64,000 bases of DNA from Opitutales bacterium (GCA_965226885.1 CBDDEL010000014.1:430590-494589); one strand, 5' to 3'; counted from the stretch's first letter, positions 41,211 through 52,158 are shown. Notes: generated by a model not told the origin, from the sequence alone. Translations and numbers: made by a program.

Positions 41211-42743
41211 CCCGGATATTTCATGAAGGGTAAAGTTTGGCTCGTTATTGCTATTAGAGATGGATTTCTTTGTATTTTGAGCAGATCGTCTTGATTTTTA
41301 GGTGTTTTTCAGGGTGTAGAGACACTGCCCCCTTTCCCCCCATTGGTTCGGTAGTGCCGGGGGCAGCACCAATGCACCCTTTAGGTTGGCACCAATCGGC
41401 GGGCCGCATGGTTGAAAAGACTGGCCCAAGGATAACTCTCACTTAGGTGAAAGTGAATCGTTCGGGTGTTGCGCACGATGACCGCTCCGATCTTGATTAA
41501 TTTGAGCCGCAGGGTGTGGCATTGGGCCCGCGCCCACTTCGTCCCTTTTAAGGCTAACCGGCGCATGGCTTCCATCAAGGTGTAGGCCAGCGCCGACAAG
41601 AGCAATCGCCACTGATTGGCCCACCATTGATGGGCGCTGGTGCGCTCGCTGAACAATTGCATCTGTTCCTTGATTTGGTTCTCCATTTCACCGCGGCCAC
41701 AGTATACCTTGTCGTAAAGCTCCTGGGGATCGCCCGGCAGGTTCGTCACCACGAAGCGCGGGTTGGACCCCTGTGCGGTGTGTTCGGCTTTATGGATGAC
41801 CAACCGCAGCCATCGCCACGAATCGGCAGCATAGACGAAGTCCTGGAATAACCGTTGTTTTTTACCCCTTAGTTCGAACCATTCTTTGGCCTGCTTTTGC
41901 AACTGCTGGGCGTCTTGCTGCAAGCGTGCATTGCGAGCCATCCCCACGATGTAACTAACTTCGTTGCGGTCGCACCAAGAGAGTATCCGGTCTCGACAAA
42001 ATCCACTGTCGGCGCGCCAAATAATCCGCGTACGGGGCCAGCTTTGGCGAATCCGTTTAACCAGCAATTTGAGGATGGCCCCGGCATGCTTGCTGGCATC
42101 GATCTTGCTCGGCCGCAGGTAGGCCACCAGCAGCTGATCACCGCAAAAAACATATAGCGGCAGAAAACAGTAATGATCATAATAACCGTGGAAAAAACGT
42201 CCCTCCTGGAGCCCGTGCACCGGATTGTCGGTGGCGTCAAAGTCCAGGATGATCTCTTCGGGTTCCTCGGCAAAGGAGCCCATGAACTGTTCGACCAACA
42301 GCTCGTTTACCGCAAAGGCCGCCCGCCGATCCTGCCCGTTTTCAAAACGACACAAAGTCGGCGCGCTGGCCAACGTTTCAATGCGCCCCGTTACCGTTTG
42401 CAACAATGGATCGTGGCGCAGGGTATCAAAGTCGTTCAAATCCTCATAGCCCGCCACCAGCCCGTAAACGCGCTGCCGCAGCATCCCCAAGACCTCATGG
42501 CGTACTTTGCCCTTCTGCCGTTTGTCCACTAACTGTCGGGCCGCTCGTTCGGTCAAGCCCAACTGCCGATCCACTTCCCGGATCAAAAGCAGTCCGGCAT
42601 CCGAAGTAACCTCTCCGCCCTTGAAATCAACCCGCACACGGCGGCCTTTTACCCTTGTCAACTGTAGCTTTAATTATTGATCTATCCTGCTGTATATCAG
42701 CAGTTAAGCATATCAACGATACTTTTTTTACGAAATATCCGGG
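41211..42743 (-). mobile_element. IS-A copy 4, inserted inside copy 3. It has a 35-bp deletion that removes the transposase start.
   Basis: Both IRs are present. The deletion lies between 9-bp direct repeats gctttaatt (junction 42667-42675), and there is one extra c in the 3-prime untranslated part. Flanked by ttag (41207-41210) and ctaa (42744-42747), not by a direct repeat. Confidence 0.9.
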
Positions 42744-42747
42744 CTAA

Positions 42748-42924
42748 AGGGTGCATTGGTGCTGCCCCCGGCACTACCGAACCAATGGGGGAAAGGGGGC
42801 AGTTTCTCTACACCCTGAAAAACACCTAAAAATCAAGACGATCTGCTCAAAATACAAAGAAATCCATCTCCATCTCCAATAGCAATAACACGAGCCAAAC
42901 TTTACCCTTCATGAAATATCCGGG
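42748..42924 (+). mobile_element. IS-A copy 3, right-end 177 bp
   Basis: Resumes right after the transposase stop codon and runs to the IR at 42913-42924. Carries a 6-bp duplication (42865-42876) and a 2-nt insertion. Confidence 0.9.
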
Positions 42925-43083
42925 CTAAATCTACGTAAATCTGCATGCCCTACATGCTAAACATGCTCTGTAAGGCATAATAGGGGAAAGGAGGATATGT
43001 TATAAGGACCCAAATAGCATTCAAAGCATGCAAGCATGCATTTCAGTATTGAGATGCAAACTCCCATCCTCGCACCTAAAAAA

Positions 43084-43460
43084 ATGAAGAAACGAAAATT
43101 TAAACCCGAAACAGTCGCCGAAGCCATCAATGATGCTGGCGGGATTCTCATAAACGCGGCTCGAACACTCCGATGTAATCGCCGCACAGTATACGATTAC
43201 TCGATTACTGCCTGAATTTTAAAGTTTGCGCAAAGGCACGTGAGGAAGCCGAGGCTTCCACGACAGATTTGGCCGAGTCGAAATTGATCGAGCAAATCAA
43301 AGAGGGAAATATGACTGCGATCATCTTCTACCTTAAAACAAAGGCAAAAGCCCGCGGCTATGTAGAGCGACTCGAACAGACGGGTGCCGGCGGCAGACCT
43401 TTGGACGTAGGAACGAAAGTTTTGGCTCTGCCCATAATCAATATAGGAGATACGGAGTGA
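43084..43460 (+). pseudogene. Phage terminase small-subunit-like HTH protein, frameshifted by an 8-bp tandem duplication
   Basis: MKKRKFKPETVAEAINDAGGILINAARTLRCNRRTVYDY then stops. Removing one copy of cgattact (43194-43201 equals 43202-43209) joins it in frame to ...AREEAEASTTDLAESKLIEQIKEGNMTAIIFYLKTKAKARGYVER. Its end overlaps the terL start. Confidence 0.55.
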
Positions 43461-44160
43461 TCGGTGTTGCTCAGAGCGAAGATCACTTTTGGGAGCCGAA
43501 TCCGGGACCGCAGACGGCGTTTTTGAGCGCTGGACAGAGGGAGGTCCTATACGGTGGAGCTAATGGTGGTGGTAAATCCGATGCACTCCTCGCTGCCGCC
43601 ACTCGATACGTCGGTGAACCGGATCATACAGCTATCATATTCCGGCGAACCTATCCGGAATTAGGGGAGTTAATAAAACGGAGCTGGGACCTCTATCCGC
43701 TGCTCGGAGGCCGCTACAATAAGACTGAGAAGAAATGGCAATTCCCTTCTAGAGCGATTGTCATGTTCGGGAATCTTTCCTCTTTCAGCGACGCTCTCAA
43801 ATATCATGGCTGGCAATTTATTAATCCGGCAAATAAATAGTGATATATCAATAACTTATGCTAAAGTAGGTTCATGAATAGGAATGATGCGCCTTCACTA
43901 AGCGAAGAGACTATATATGAGCTGAGGTGTCGGGCGGTGGATCTGAAAAGAGAGGGTTGCACTTATGAAGAGGTTTCCGTGGTTTTAAAGGTATCGATCA
44001 GCGCTGTGCGCAAATGGTGGGCCCTTTACCGAAATGGAGGGCCAAAAGCCCTGCGGCTTGGACAACGGGGCCGTCGGCAGGGCCAATGTCGAAGATTGAG
44101 CTCCCAACAAGAGCGCATGGTGTGCCGAATGATTACCGATAAGAGACCCGACCAGCTTAA

Positions 44161-45727
44161 CCCGGATATTTCATGAAGGGTAAAGTTTGGCTCGTTATTG
44201 CTATTGGAGATGGATTTCTTTGTATTTTGAGCAGATCGTCTTGATTTTTAGGTGTTTTTCAGGGTGTAGAGACACTGCCCCCTTTCCCCCATTGGTTCGG
44301 TAGTGCCGGGGGCAGCACCAATGCACCCTTTAGGTTGGCACCAATCGGCGGGCCGCATGGTTGAAAAGACTGGCCCAAGGATAACTCTCACTTAGGTGAA
44401 AGTGAATCGTTCGGGTGTTGCGCACGATGACCGCTCCGATCTTGATTAATTTGAGCCGCAGGGTGTGGCATTGGGCCCGCGCCCACTTCGTCCCTTTTAA
44501 GGCTAACCGGCGCATGGCTTCCATCAAGGTGTAGGCCAGCGCCGACAAGAGCAATCGCCACTGATTGGCCCACCATTGATGGGCGCTGGTGCGCTCGCTG
44601 AACAATTGCATCTGTTCCTTGATTCGGTTCTCCATTTCACCGCGGCCACAGTATACCTTGTCGTAAAGCTCCTGGGGATCACCCGGCAGGTTCGTCACCA
44701 CGAAGCGCGGGTTGGACCCCTGTGCGGTGTGTTCGGCTTTATGGATGACCAACCGCAGCCATCGCCACGAATCGGCAGCATAGACGAAGTCCTGGAATAA
44801 CCGTTGTTTTTTACCCCTTAGTTCGAACCATTCTTTGGCCTGCTTTTGCAACTGCTGGGCGTCTTGCTGCAAGCGTGCATTGCGAGCCATCCCCACGATG
44901 TAACTAACTTCGTTGCGGTCGCACCAAGAGAGTATCCGGTCTCGACAAAATCCACTGTCGGCGCGCCAAATAATCCGCGTACGGGGCCAGCTTTGGCGAA
45001 TCCGTTTAACCAGCAATTTGAGGATGGCCCCGGCATGCTTGCTGGCATCGATCTTGCTCGGCCGCAGGTAGGCCACCAGCAGCTGATCACCGCAAAAAAC
45101 ATATAGCGGCAGAAAACAGTAATGATCATAATAACCGTGGAAAAAACGTCCCTCCTGGAGCCCGTGCACCGGATTGTCGGTGGCGTCAAAGTCCAGGATG
45201 ATCTCTTCGGGTTCCTCGGCAAAGGAGCCCATGAACTGTTCGACCAACAGCTCGTTTACCGCAAAGGCCGCCCGCCGATCCTGCCCGTTTTCAAAACGAC
45301 ACAAAGTCGGCGCGCTGGCCAACGTTTCAATGCGCCCCGTTACCGTTTGCAACAATGGATCGTGGCGCAGGGTATCAAAGTCGTTCAAATCCTCATAGCC
45401 CGCCACCAGCCCGTAAACGCGCTGCCGCAGCATCCCCAATACCTCATGGCGTACTTTGCCCTTCTGCCGTTTGTCCACTAACTGTCGGGCCGCTCGTTCG
45501 GTCAAGCCCAACTGCCGATCCACTTCCCGGATCAAAAGCAGTCCGGCATCCGAAGTAACCTCTCCGCCCTTGAAATCAACCCGCACACGGCGGCCTTTTA
45601 CCCTTGTCAACTGTAGCTTTAATTGTTTACCTTTTGTCATCGCTGATATTGCTTTAATTATTGATCTATCCTGCTGTATATCAGCAGTTAAGCATATCAA
45701 CGATACTTTTTTTACGAAATATCCGGG
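44161..45727 (-). mobile_element. IS-A copy 5 (1567 bp, used here as consensus)
   Basis: Both IRs present. 4-bp direct repeat ttaa (44157-44160, 45728-45731). Confidence 0.95.
44330..45640 (-). CDS. IS1380-family DDE transposase
   Basis: Intact ORF identical in length to copies 2, 6 and 7. Confidence 0.85.
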   Translation of the reverse strand: MTKGKQLKLQLTRVKGRRVRVDFKGGEVTSDAGLLLIREVDRQLGLTERAARQLVDKRQKGKVRHEVLGMLRQRVYGLVAGYEDLNDFDTLRHDPLLQTVTGRIETLASAPTLCRFENGQDRRAAFAVNELLVEQFMGSFAEEPEEIILDFDATDNPVHGLQEGRFFHGYYDHYCFLPLYVFCGDQLLVAYLRPSKIDASKHAGAILKLLVKRIRQSWPRTRIIWRADSGFCRDRILSWCDRNEVSYIVGMARNARLQQDAQQLQKQAKEWFELRGKKQRLFQDFVYAADSWRWLRLVIHKAEHTAQGSNPRFVVTNLPGDPQELYDKVYCGRGEMENRIKEQMQLFSERTSAHQWWANQWRLLLSALAYTLMEAMRRLALKGTKWARAQCHTLRLKLIKIGAVIVRNTRTIHFHLSESYPWASLFNHAARRLVPT

Positions 45728-47602
45728 TTAAGATGCCCTTTGCCCTGTGGACGCGCCAAGCGGTGCAAGAGTTGATTGAAAGGCAGTTTGCTTTGAAGAT
45801 GCCGATCCGCACGGTGGGCGAGTATCTTCGCCGTTGGGGTTTCACTCCACAAAAACCTCGAAGACAAGCCTATGAGCAGCAGCCTGAGGCGATTAAGAAG
45901 TGGCTTGATCAAACTTACCCGGCCATCGAAGCCAGAGCCAAAGCGCAACAGGCCCAAATCCACTGGGGAGATGAAACCGGCATCAGTAGCGAAGATCATC
46001 GGGGAAGAGGTTATGCTCCGCGCGGTAAAACGCCAGTTGCCAAACGCAGTGCGCGTCGTTTTAGCACGAGCATGATCTCGACTATAACCAACCGTGGAAA
46101 GCTGCGTTTCATGGTTTACAAGGGAGCCTTGAATGTGGAACTGTTTATCAAATTTCTGCGCCAGTTAATCAAAGGAGCCAAACGGAAAATCTTTCTCATT
46201 GTGGACAATCTGAGAGTGCATCATGCTAAAAAAGTAACCGGTTGGATTGAAGCCCACCGCGATAGGATCGGGATTTTTTATCTACCATCTTACAGTCCCG
46301 AATTGAACCCCGATGAGTATTTGAATAACACGGTCAAAGCCAACTTGAAGAACCTGCCGGCCCCGCGCAGCCAAATTGAGTTGCAGGGAAGTCTGCGAAC
46401 CCACCTGCGCAGCAGGCAACGAAAACCAATTTTGATTAAAAAACTCTTCCATCATCGGGATGTTCAATACGCCGCTTAACTGTTACTATTCAATTGCCGG
46501 ATTAATAGTTTCCTCGGGTTTGATGAGCTTACTCACTGGCCGAGCGATGAGGAATATGTCTATTTGATGTCCCGATTGCGTCGAAAGGCAAATTCGAATA
46601 TCCGCCTGATGATTCGGGCAACCTGCAACCCTTCTGGTCCCGGCCACCATTGGGTAAAGACCCGATTCAATATCTCAAATGACGGCAAGGAAACCGTCGT
46701 AGAAGACCCGCAGACGGGCCTACACCGGGCGTTCCTCCCGGCTCGAATACAAGATAATCCCCATCTCGCCGGAACCGAGTATGAGCGCACCCTTGACGCC
46801 TTGCCTGAGCAACGACGCAAAGCCCTCAAAGATGGGCGCTGGGACGTCTTCGCCGGGGCCATGTTCCCGGAATGGGATCCCACGCGTCACATCATTGAAC
46901 CTTTTGAAATACCCGGCGATTGGAAAAGATGGCGCGGAGCCGATCAGGGCTTTGTGTCGCCCTCTGCCTGCTATTGGTTAGCAAAGAATCAGGATGGACA
47001 GGTAATCGTCTATCAGGAACTCTACCGCACCGGCATGACGGGTCGTGTGTTCGGTGGTGAGGTGTTGAAACGGGACAAAGAGCAAAATCCCTTTGAGAAG
47101 CGCCTATCGGGCTACCTTGATACCAATGCCTTCGCAGATTTAGGAATGGGAACACCGATCGGTCAACTCATGAACCAGATGGGTTGTAGGTGGAGACCCG
47201 TTACGAAAGGCCCCGGGAGTCGTGTAGCCCGTGTAAACATGCTTCACGAGTATCTCGCGCCCATGAAAGGCTTTCCGGACAAGCCGGGATTGCTCTTCTT
47301 TAATACCTGCACAAATCTGGTTCGAACACTGCCTGCACTGCCGAGGAGTCATCATAACCCGGAGGATGTCGACACCGAAGCAGAGGATCACGCGTTTGAC
47401 GGACTTACCTACGGTCTCTGTTACCGGCCTCGAACAGGAAAGGTGACTCATTTTCTTCTTTGAAACTGGTTGCTCCTGTGCGATCATCACAAACTCAGTG
47501 TCCGTAAAACAGTAGTTTTTCAGACATTTCTATTGACACCTGCAATCCCTTTGTTTATGCGGTGTCTCAGTCCACTAAAACAGGGGATGATTTATAGACA
47601 CC

Positions 47603-48190
47603 ATGAAATCGAAGAATATAGCCATTTATTTGAGGGTCTCGACCGGAGGCCAGAATACGGACAGTCAGGCAAAAGTCATTAAGGAATATTGCAAAAGGCG
47701 CGGTTGGAAGGACGTGCAATCCTATGAGGACAAGATCAGCGGTGCCAAACATACACGGCCAGCCCTTGACCGGATGCTTAAAGACGTGCGAAAGGGCGGG
47801 ATCGATGCTGTAGTGGTTTACAAATTGGATCGCTTGGGCCGGTCGCTCACACAGCTCGCCTTAATCATCGAGGAATTAACCAGTCGCGGGGTAGCCCTGA
47901 TTTGCACTTCCCAGGGGATCGATACGAGCGAGAGCAACCCGGCGGGAAAGCTTCAAATGAGCGTTCTCATGGCTGTGGCGGAGTTCGAGCGGGAAATCAT
48001 TCAGGAGCGCGTCAGGGATGGCCTGAGTGCAGCCAGAGCCAGGGGAGTCAAGCTCGGCAGGCCCGGTAAGCTCGCCAAACATCGCAAGAAAGTCATGGCT
48101 TTGCGTAAAAAGGGGAAAAGCATCCGCGCCATAGCCTCAGAGCTACGCTTGCCAGTCTCATCGGTCGGCGATCTGGCAAAGGCTGGATAA
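47603..48190 (+). CDS. Small serine recombinase (resolvase/invertase family, 195 aa)
   Basis: Catalytic N-terminus IAIYLRVSTGGQ, then VVYKLDRLGRS, with a C-terminal HTH (GKSIRAIASELRLPVSSV). Confidence 0.85.
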   Translation: MKSKNIAIYLRVSTGGQNTDSQAKVIKEYCKRRGWKDVQSYEDKISGAKHTRPALDRMLKDVRKGGIDAVVVYKLDRLGRSLTQLALIIEELTSRGVALICTSQGIDTSESNPAGKLQMSVLMAVAEFEREIIQERVRDGLSAARARGVKLGRPGKLAKHRKKVMALRKKGKSIRAIASELRLPVSSVGDLAKAG

Positions 48191-48209
48191 ACTAAGGATT
48201 TGATGAGCT

Positions 48210-48479
48210 ATGAGTAATCCAAAGTTATGGATGGCAATACAAAGCTGGGACGACGCTAGTGTTTATTTGTTAGCAATTGACAAAAAGGCTGACCTGATTG
48301 ATCGATATATTGCCGGAAGAGAGATAGAAAAGCGGCAAAAGAGTACTCTCTTATCGCAATCTCGGCGTCAAGAGTTGAAAGAATATACTCTACCGCAATT
48401 AGAATTTGATCTAAAATATATAGAGAATATCAGCCAAGAAGACCTGATCGGACCCCATTTTTGCTACCACTTTAAGTGA
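48210..48479 (+). CDS. Hypothetical protein (89 aa)
   Basis: ATG ORF 20 nt after the recombinase stop. No family recognised. Confidence 0.3.
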   Translation: MSNPKLWMAIQSWDDASVYLLAIDKKADLIDRYIAGREIEKRQKSTLLSQSRRQELKEYTLPQLEFDLKYIENISQEDLIGPHFCYHFK

Positions 48480-48680
48480 GAGTATTTCCGTAGGTTTGGT
48501 ATTATTGGTTTTGCAGGTTGAAAAGGTAAGTAACCGGAAACAGCACAACAGTCAATGAATTTTTGGGTTGGGGTTGAGTGGGTGATCGGACCCCTACGTC
48601 CAGATGCTGACCTGTATTAGATTTTTGTTGCCTGGCTTGGAAAATAATCTTATCCAGATATCTATCTAATAAATAATACC

Positions 48681-49391
48681 ATGCGCCCGAGCGGAGAGCC
48701 TTTATACCTGCAGATTGCGAAAATCCTGCGAGAGGAGATCGAGAATAACTACGAGCCTGGGGATCGACTTGAGCCCGAGGGTAAAATCGCAGAGCGATTC
48801 AGAGTTAACCGGCATACACTGCGTCGCTCTATCGATGAATTGGTTGAGCAGGGCAAGCTGGAGCGACGGGCGGGCGTGGGCGTTTTCGTATTCCTTCATC
48901 CTCTCAAGTATGAGCTGCATAAAGAAACTCGACTAACAAGAAACTTGAGGCGTATGGGAGTTAAAGGTGATCGCACTTTTATCAAACGACAGTTGAAGCC
49001 TGCCTCACAAATTGAGGCCAAGCACTTGCAGATTCCCAAAGGCAGATTAGTTACGCGGCTCGAATCACTGGTTTACGCTGATAAAATTCCTTTTTGCATC
49101 AGCACTCATTGCTTCACTCACAAATCGCACAAAGAGATTTATTCTCTTTTCAAAACCGGTTCCATGCACGAATTCATCAAGAATAAATACAATATCAGGC
49201 TAAGGCGGAAGAGCAGCATGATCAGCGCTTTATTGGCTACCAGTGAAGACGCAGCACTTCTGCGCATCCCATTGAATCGGCCCATTTTACTGGTACAGAC
49301 CGTCAACGTCGATGTGGAATCGAAAAAGCCGTTGGAATACGTGATCAGTCGTTATCGCGCGGATCGGGTAGATTTGATCGTTAATTTTTAG
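48681..49391 (+). CDS. GntR-family regulator of the HutC/PhnF type (winged HTH plus UTRA domain)
   Basis: PLYLQIAKILREEIENNYEPGDRLEPEGKIAERFRVNRHTLRRSIDELVEQGKLERRAGVGVFV, followed by a roughly 150-aa effector domain. Confidence 0.8.
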   Translation: MRPSGEPLYLQIAKILREEIENNYEPGDRLEPEGKIAERFRVNRHTLRRSIDELVEQGKLERRAGVGVFVFLHPLKYELHKETRLTRNLRRMGVKGDRTFIKRQLKPASQIEAKHLQIPKGRLVTRLESLVYADKIPFCISTHCFTHKSHKEIYSLFKTGSMHEFIKNKYNIRLRRKSSMISALLATSEDAALLRIPLNRPILLVQTVNVDVESKKPLEYVISRYRADRVDLIVNF

Positions 49392-50594
49392 ATGTGCGCA
49401 ATCATGGCGCAAAACTTTTTGATGGTGGGAGCAGACTTGGTGCTTCCCCATTCCCTGGTATCAGACTGTCCGCTGTTAATTAAGGGAGAGCGTATTGCGA
49501 GTATCGGCCCCGGCGCCACCCGAAATCCCCAATGCACAGAGATCCGATTGCCGGGAAAAATTATCCTGCCCGGTCTCATCGATTTGCACAGCGATGCGAT
49601 TGAAAAAATGGTTGAGCCACGACCCAAGATATTTTTTCCCATTCCATTTGCTATCAAAGAATGTGATCAGCGGCACCTGACTTGCGGGATTACCACGGTC
49701 TTCAATGCTATTGCGTTTGCCGGAAAAGAGTTCGGCGTTCGAGATCCAAACATTGCGGATCAAATTGTCAGATCGCTTGATAGGGAACCGGCTGTCCTCC
49801 ATCGTCGACTTCACCTGCGCTTTGAAATCACAGACGTCGAGTCTGTTCCCCTAGTGGAAGCCCTAATTCAGGAGGGGAAAGTTGATTTGATCTCCTTTAT
49901 GGATCATAGCCCGGGCCAGGGTCAATACGCCCAGGACGGCAGATATGCCAGTTACCTGATGCGAACTTATGCCATGACCGAACGTGAAGCCCTCAGGCTG
50001 ATTGCGTACAAGAAGGAGAGTCGGCAATCTCGTTCACAAGAAGTAAATGATCGACTGCTCAGAGCCGCAAAGGCCGCCAAAATTCCTATTTCCGGTCATG
50101 ATCTCGACTCACTCGAGAGTGCCAGTGAGTGGCATCAACTTGGAGCCACAATAAGCGAGTTTCCGCTCAATGAAATTTCCGCTCGTGCTTCGCGCGAATA
50201 TGATATGGTGATAGTCATGGGGGCGCCCAACGTCATTCGTGGAGCCAGCTCGGGTGGCGGCCTGCGAGCGAGCGACGGGATTCGCCAGAACCTAATCGAT
50301 GTTCTATGTTCGGATTACAAACCAAATAGCCTATTGCCAGCCCTTTTTAAAGTGTCCTCGGACATTGATATACCTCTTCCGGATGCAGTCTCGTTGGCAA
50401 CCTGGCGGGCAGCCGATGCTGTCGGCTTGACCCATGTCGGAAAACTTGCCGAAGGTTTTCAAGCGGATTTGATTATTGTGCAACCGACGCCACATGGTCC
50501 CCGTCTCGAAGCAGTAATGGTTTCCGGTCAATGGCGATATCTGTCCGGACAATTATCAGATGGGGGGGGGTATGAATCGCAACGAGTTCGATAA
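49392..50594 (+). CDS. PhnM-like amidohydrolase-superfamily protein
   Basis: LPGLIDLHSDAIEKMVEPRPKIFFP and SFMDHSPGQGQY resemble my recollection of the E. coli PhnM motifs (LHTDNLEK..PRP, MDH.PGQRQ). No other C-P lyase genes are visible. Confidence 0.65.
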   Translation: MCAIMAQNFLMVGADLVLPHSLVSDCPLLIKGERIASIGPGATRNPQCTEIRLPGKIILPGLIDLHSDAIEKMVEPRPKIFFPIPFAIKECDQRHLTCGITTVFNAIAFAGKEFGVRDPNIADQIVRSLDREPAVLHRRLHLRFEITDVESVPLVEALIQEGKVDLISFMDHSPGQGQYAQDGRYASYLMRTYAMTEREALRLIAYKKESRQSRSQEVNDRLLRAAKAAKIPISGHDLDSLESASEWHQLGATISEFPLNEISARASREYDMVIVMGAPNVIRGASSGGGLRASDGIRQNLIDVLCSDYKPNSLLPALFKVSSDIDIPLPDAVSLATWRAADAVGLTHVGKLAEGFQADLIIVQPTPHGPRLEAVMVSGQWRYLSGQLSDGGGYESQRVR

Positions 50595-51942
50595 GATTGA
50601 AAAATCCGAGGGAGATGTTAATCTATCTCCACAGCGCCATCAATGGCAGGACCGAAATGTGAATGACCAGACTCGCAACGTGCTGGATGAAGACGCTCGA
50701 TATTTTCTGCATCAATCCTTGTCCACACCCTGTTTGAATGTCTTAACCAAATGTAAGGGATCCTATATAGAAGATTTGCAGGGACGAAAGTACCTGGATT
50801 TTCACGGCAACAACGTGCACCAGGTGGGGTTTGGCAATCCCCATGTCATTGAGGCCATTACCCGGCAGATGGAAGAGCTTTCCTTCTGCACACGGAGATA
50901 TACCAATAAAAAGGCCGTTGAACTAGCCAGGAAATTGACTGAGCTTGCGCCCGGCGATCTAAACCGGGTATTATTTGCTCCGGGCGGCGCCGAAGCCATT
51001 GGCATGGCATTAAAACTGGCGAGGTCCTATACCGGCAGATTCAAAAGCATCTCCATGTGGGATTCGTTTCACGGCGCCTCTCTGGACGCTATCTCGGTCG
51101 GCGGAGAAGCGATTTTCCGCAAAAACATCGGCCCGTTGCTGCCGGGTGCCGAACATGCGCCACCGCCGGATCCTAAGCATTGTGTATTCGGATGTGAAGG
51201 AGAGTGCAATTTACGCTGTGCCCAATACGTAGAATACATGCTGGAAAAGGAAGGAGATGTCGCCGCGGTTATTGCCGAGACCGTCCGCAGCACGCCATAT
51301 ATACCGGATAAAAAATATTGGCAAATTATCCGCAAAGCTTGTCACAAACACGGTGCATTATTAATTTTGGATGAGATTCCCCATTGTCTGGGCCGAACCG
51401 GTACCTTTTTCACATTCGAGCATTTTGGGATTGTCCCGGATATGGTTGTCATCGGGAAAGGACTCGGTGGGGGTATTTTTCCGCTGGCGGCGTTAATCGC
51501 CAGAGAAGAACTCAACATTGCCGGTAAAAATGCCTTGGGTCATTATACTCATGAAAAAAATCCGGTCGCCAGCGCCGCCTCCCTGGCTGCCATCCAATAT
51601 ATCGAGGAGAACCGGTTGCTGGACCATGCCAAACAGATGGGCAACTATGCTCTTGAGCGCTTAAAGGCGCTCAAACTGAGGCATCGCATCATTGGCGATG
51701 TCCGTGGAATCGGATTATTGATGGGGATAGAAATTGTTAGAGATACCGGCCAACGGGGTGTGGAAGAGGCTGAGAAAATCATGTACCATGCCCTCGAAAT
51801 GGGTCTAAGTTTCAAAGTAACCATGGGCAATATCCTCACTTTGACTCCGGCATTGACAATTACCCGAGGTGAGATCGATCAAGCGATCGATATTCTGGAT
51901 GACTGTTTTGAACGAGTGGGGCATGGGCATGACATGAGCTAA
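50572..51942 (+). CDS. Class-III (fold type I) PLP-dependent aminotransferase-family enzyme
   Basis: FAPGGAEAIGMALKLAR, LILDEIPHCLGRTG and VVIGKGLGGG (putative Schiff-base Lys). Overlaps the preceding gene by 23 nt. Confidence 0.8.
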   Translation: MNRNEFDKIEKSEGDVNLSPQRHQWQDRNVNDQTRNVLDEDARYFLHQSLSTPCLNVLTKCKGSYIEDLQGRKYLDFHGNNVHQVGFGNPHVIEAITRQMEELSFCTRRYTNKKAVELARKLTELAPGDLNRVLFAPGGAEAIGMALKLARSYTGRFKSISMWDSFHGASLDAISVGGEAIFRKNIGPLLPGAEHAPPPDPKHCVFGCEGECNLRCAQYVEYMLEKEGDVAAVIAETVRSTPYIPDKKYWQIIRKACHKHGALLILDEIPHCLGRTGTFFTFEHFGIVPDMVVIGKGLGGGIFPLAALIAREELNIAGKNALGHYTHEKNPVASAASLAAIQYIEENRLLDHAKQMGNYALERLKALKLRHRIIGDVRGIGLLMGIEIVRDTGQRGVEEAEKIMYHALEMGLSFKVTMGNILTLTPALTITRGEIDQAIDILDDCFERVGHGHDMS

Positions 51943-52158
51943 AATTCGTCACCTAAATAGAGGCTGTCCCAAAAGGGTGATTTTTGCGAGGGCTTTTGAT
52001 AGGCGCTCATTTTAGAGGTATTTGCATTTGGGAGAGTATCAACTTTGCTCTCCTATGACGTTAGGATACTGGTTTTGGGGTCCGGTTGCCTGGTATTCTT
52101 TGTATGAGCCGACAGTAAGGCTGTGAAAAAGTATTGTCCTTGCTTTTCCGCTCTCTAG

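Larger units (their letters stand above)
43874..46479 (+). pseudogene. IS630-family transposase split by IS-A copy 5
   Basis: The N-terminal HTH part (43874-44160) and the DDE_3 part (45728-46479; HWGDETG, FLIVDNLRVH, LPSYSPELNPDEYLN) join in frame across the ttaa duplication. Confidence 0.85.
43821..46505 (+). mobile_element. IS630-family element, type 2 (about 1114 bp of own sequence), with nested IS-A
   Basis: IR ttaatccggcaa / ttgccggattaa flanked by a duplicated TA on both sides, the classic IS630 target. Confidence 0.9.
43457..47463 (+). pseudogene. Phage terminase large subunit, interrupted by IS630 type 2 (itself carrying IS-A copy 5)
   Basis: The N-terminal part has Walker A GGANGGGKS. 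It ends ...KYHGWQF at the TA at 43819-43820 and resumes as SFLGFDELTHW... (Walker B) after the TA at 46506-46507, continuing to 47463. Confidence 0.8.

Noticed and set aside
48640-48680. The palindrome agatatct upstream of the GntR-family gene as its operator
   Set aside because: It is only an 8-bp palindrome in AT-rich DNA, with no second half-site pattern or comparative support.
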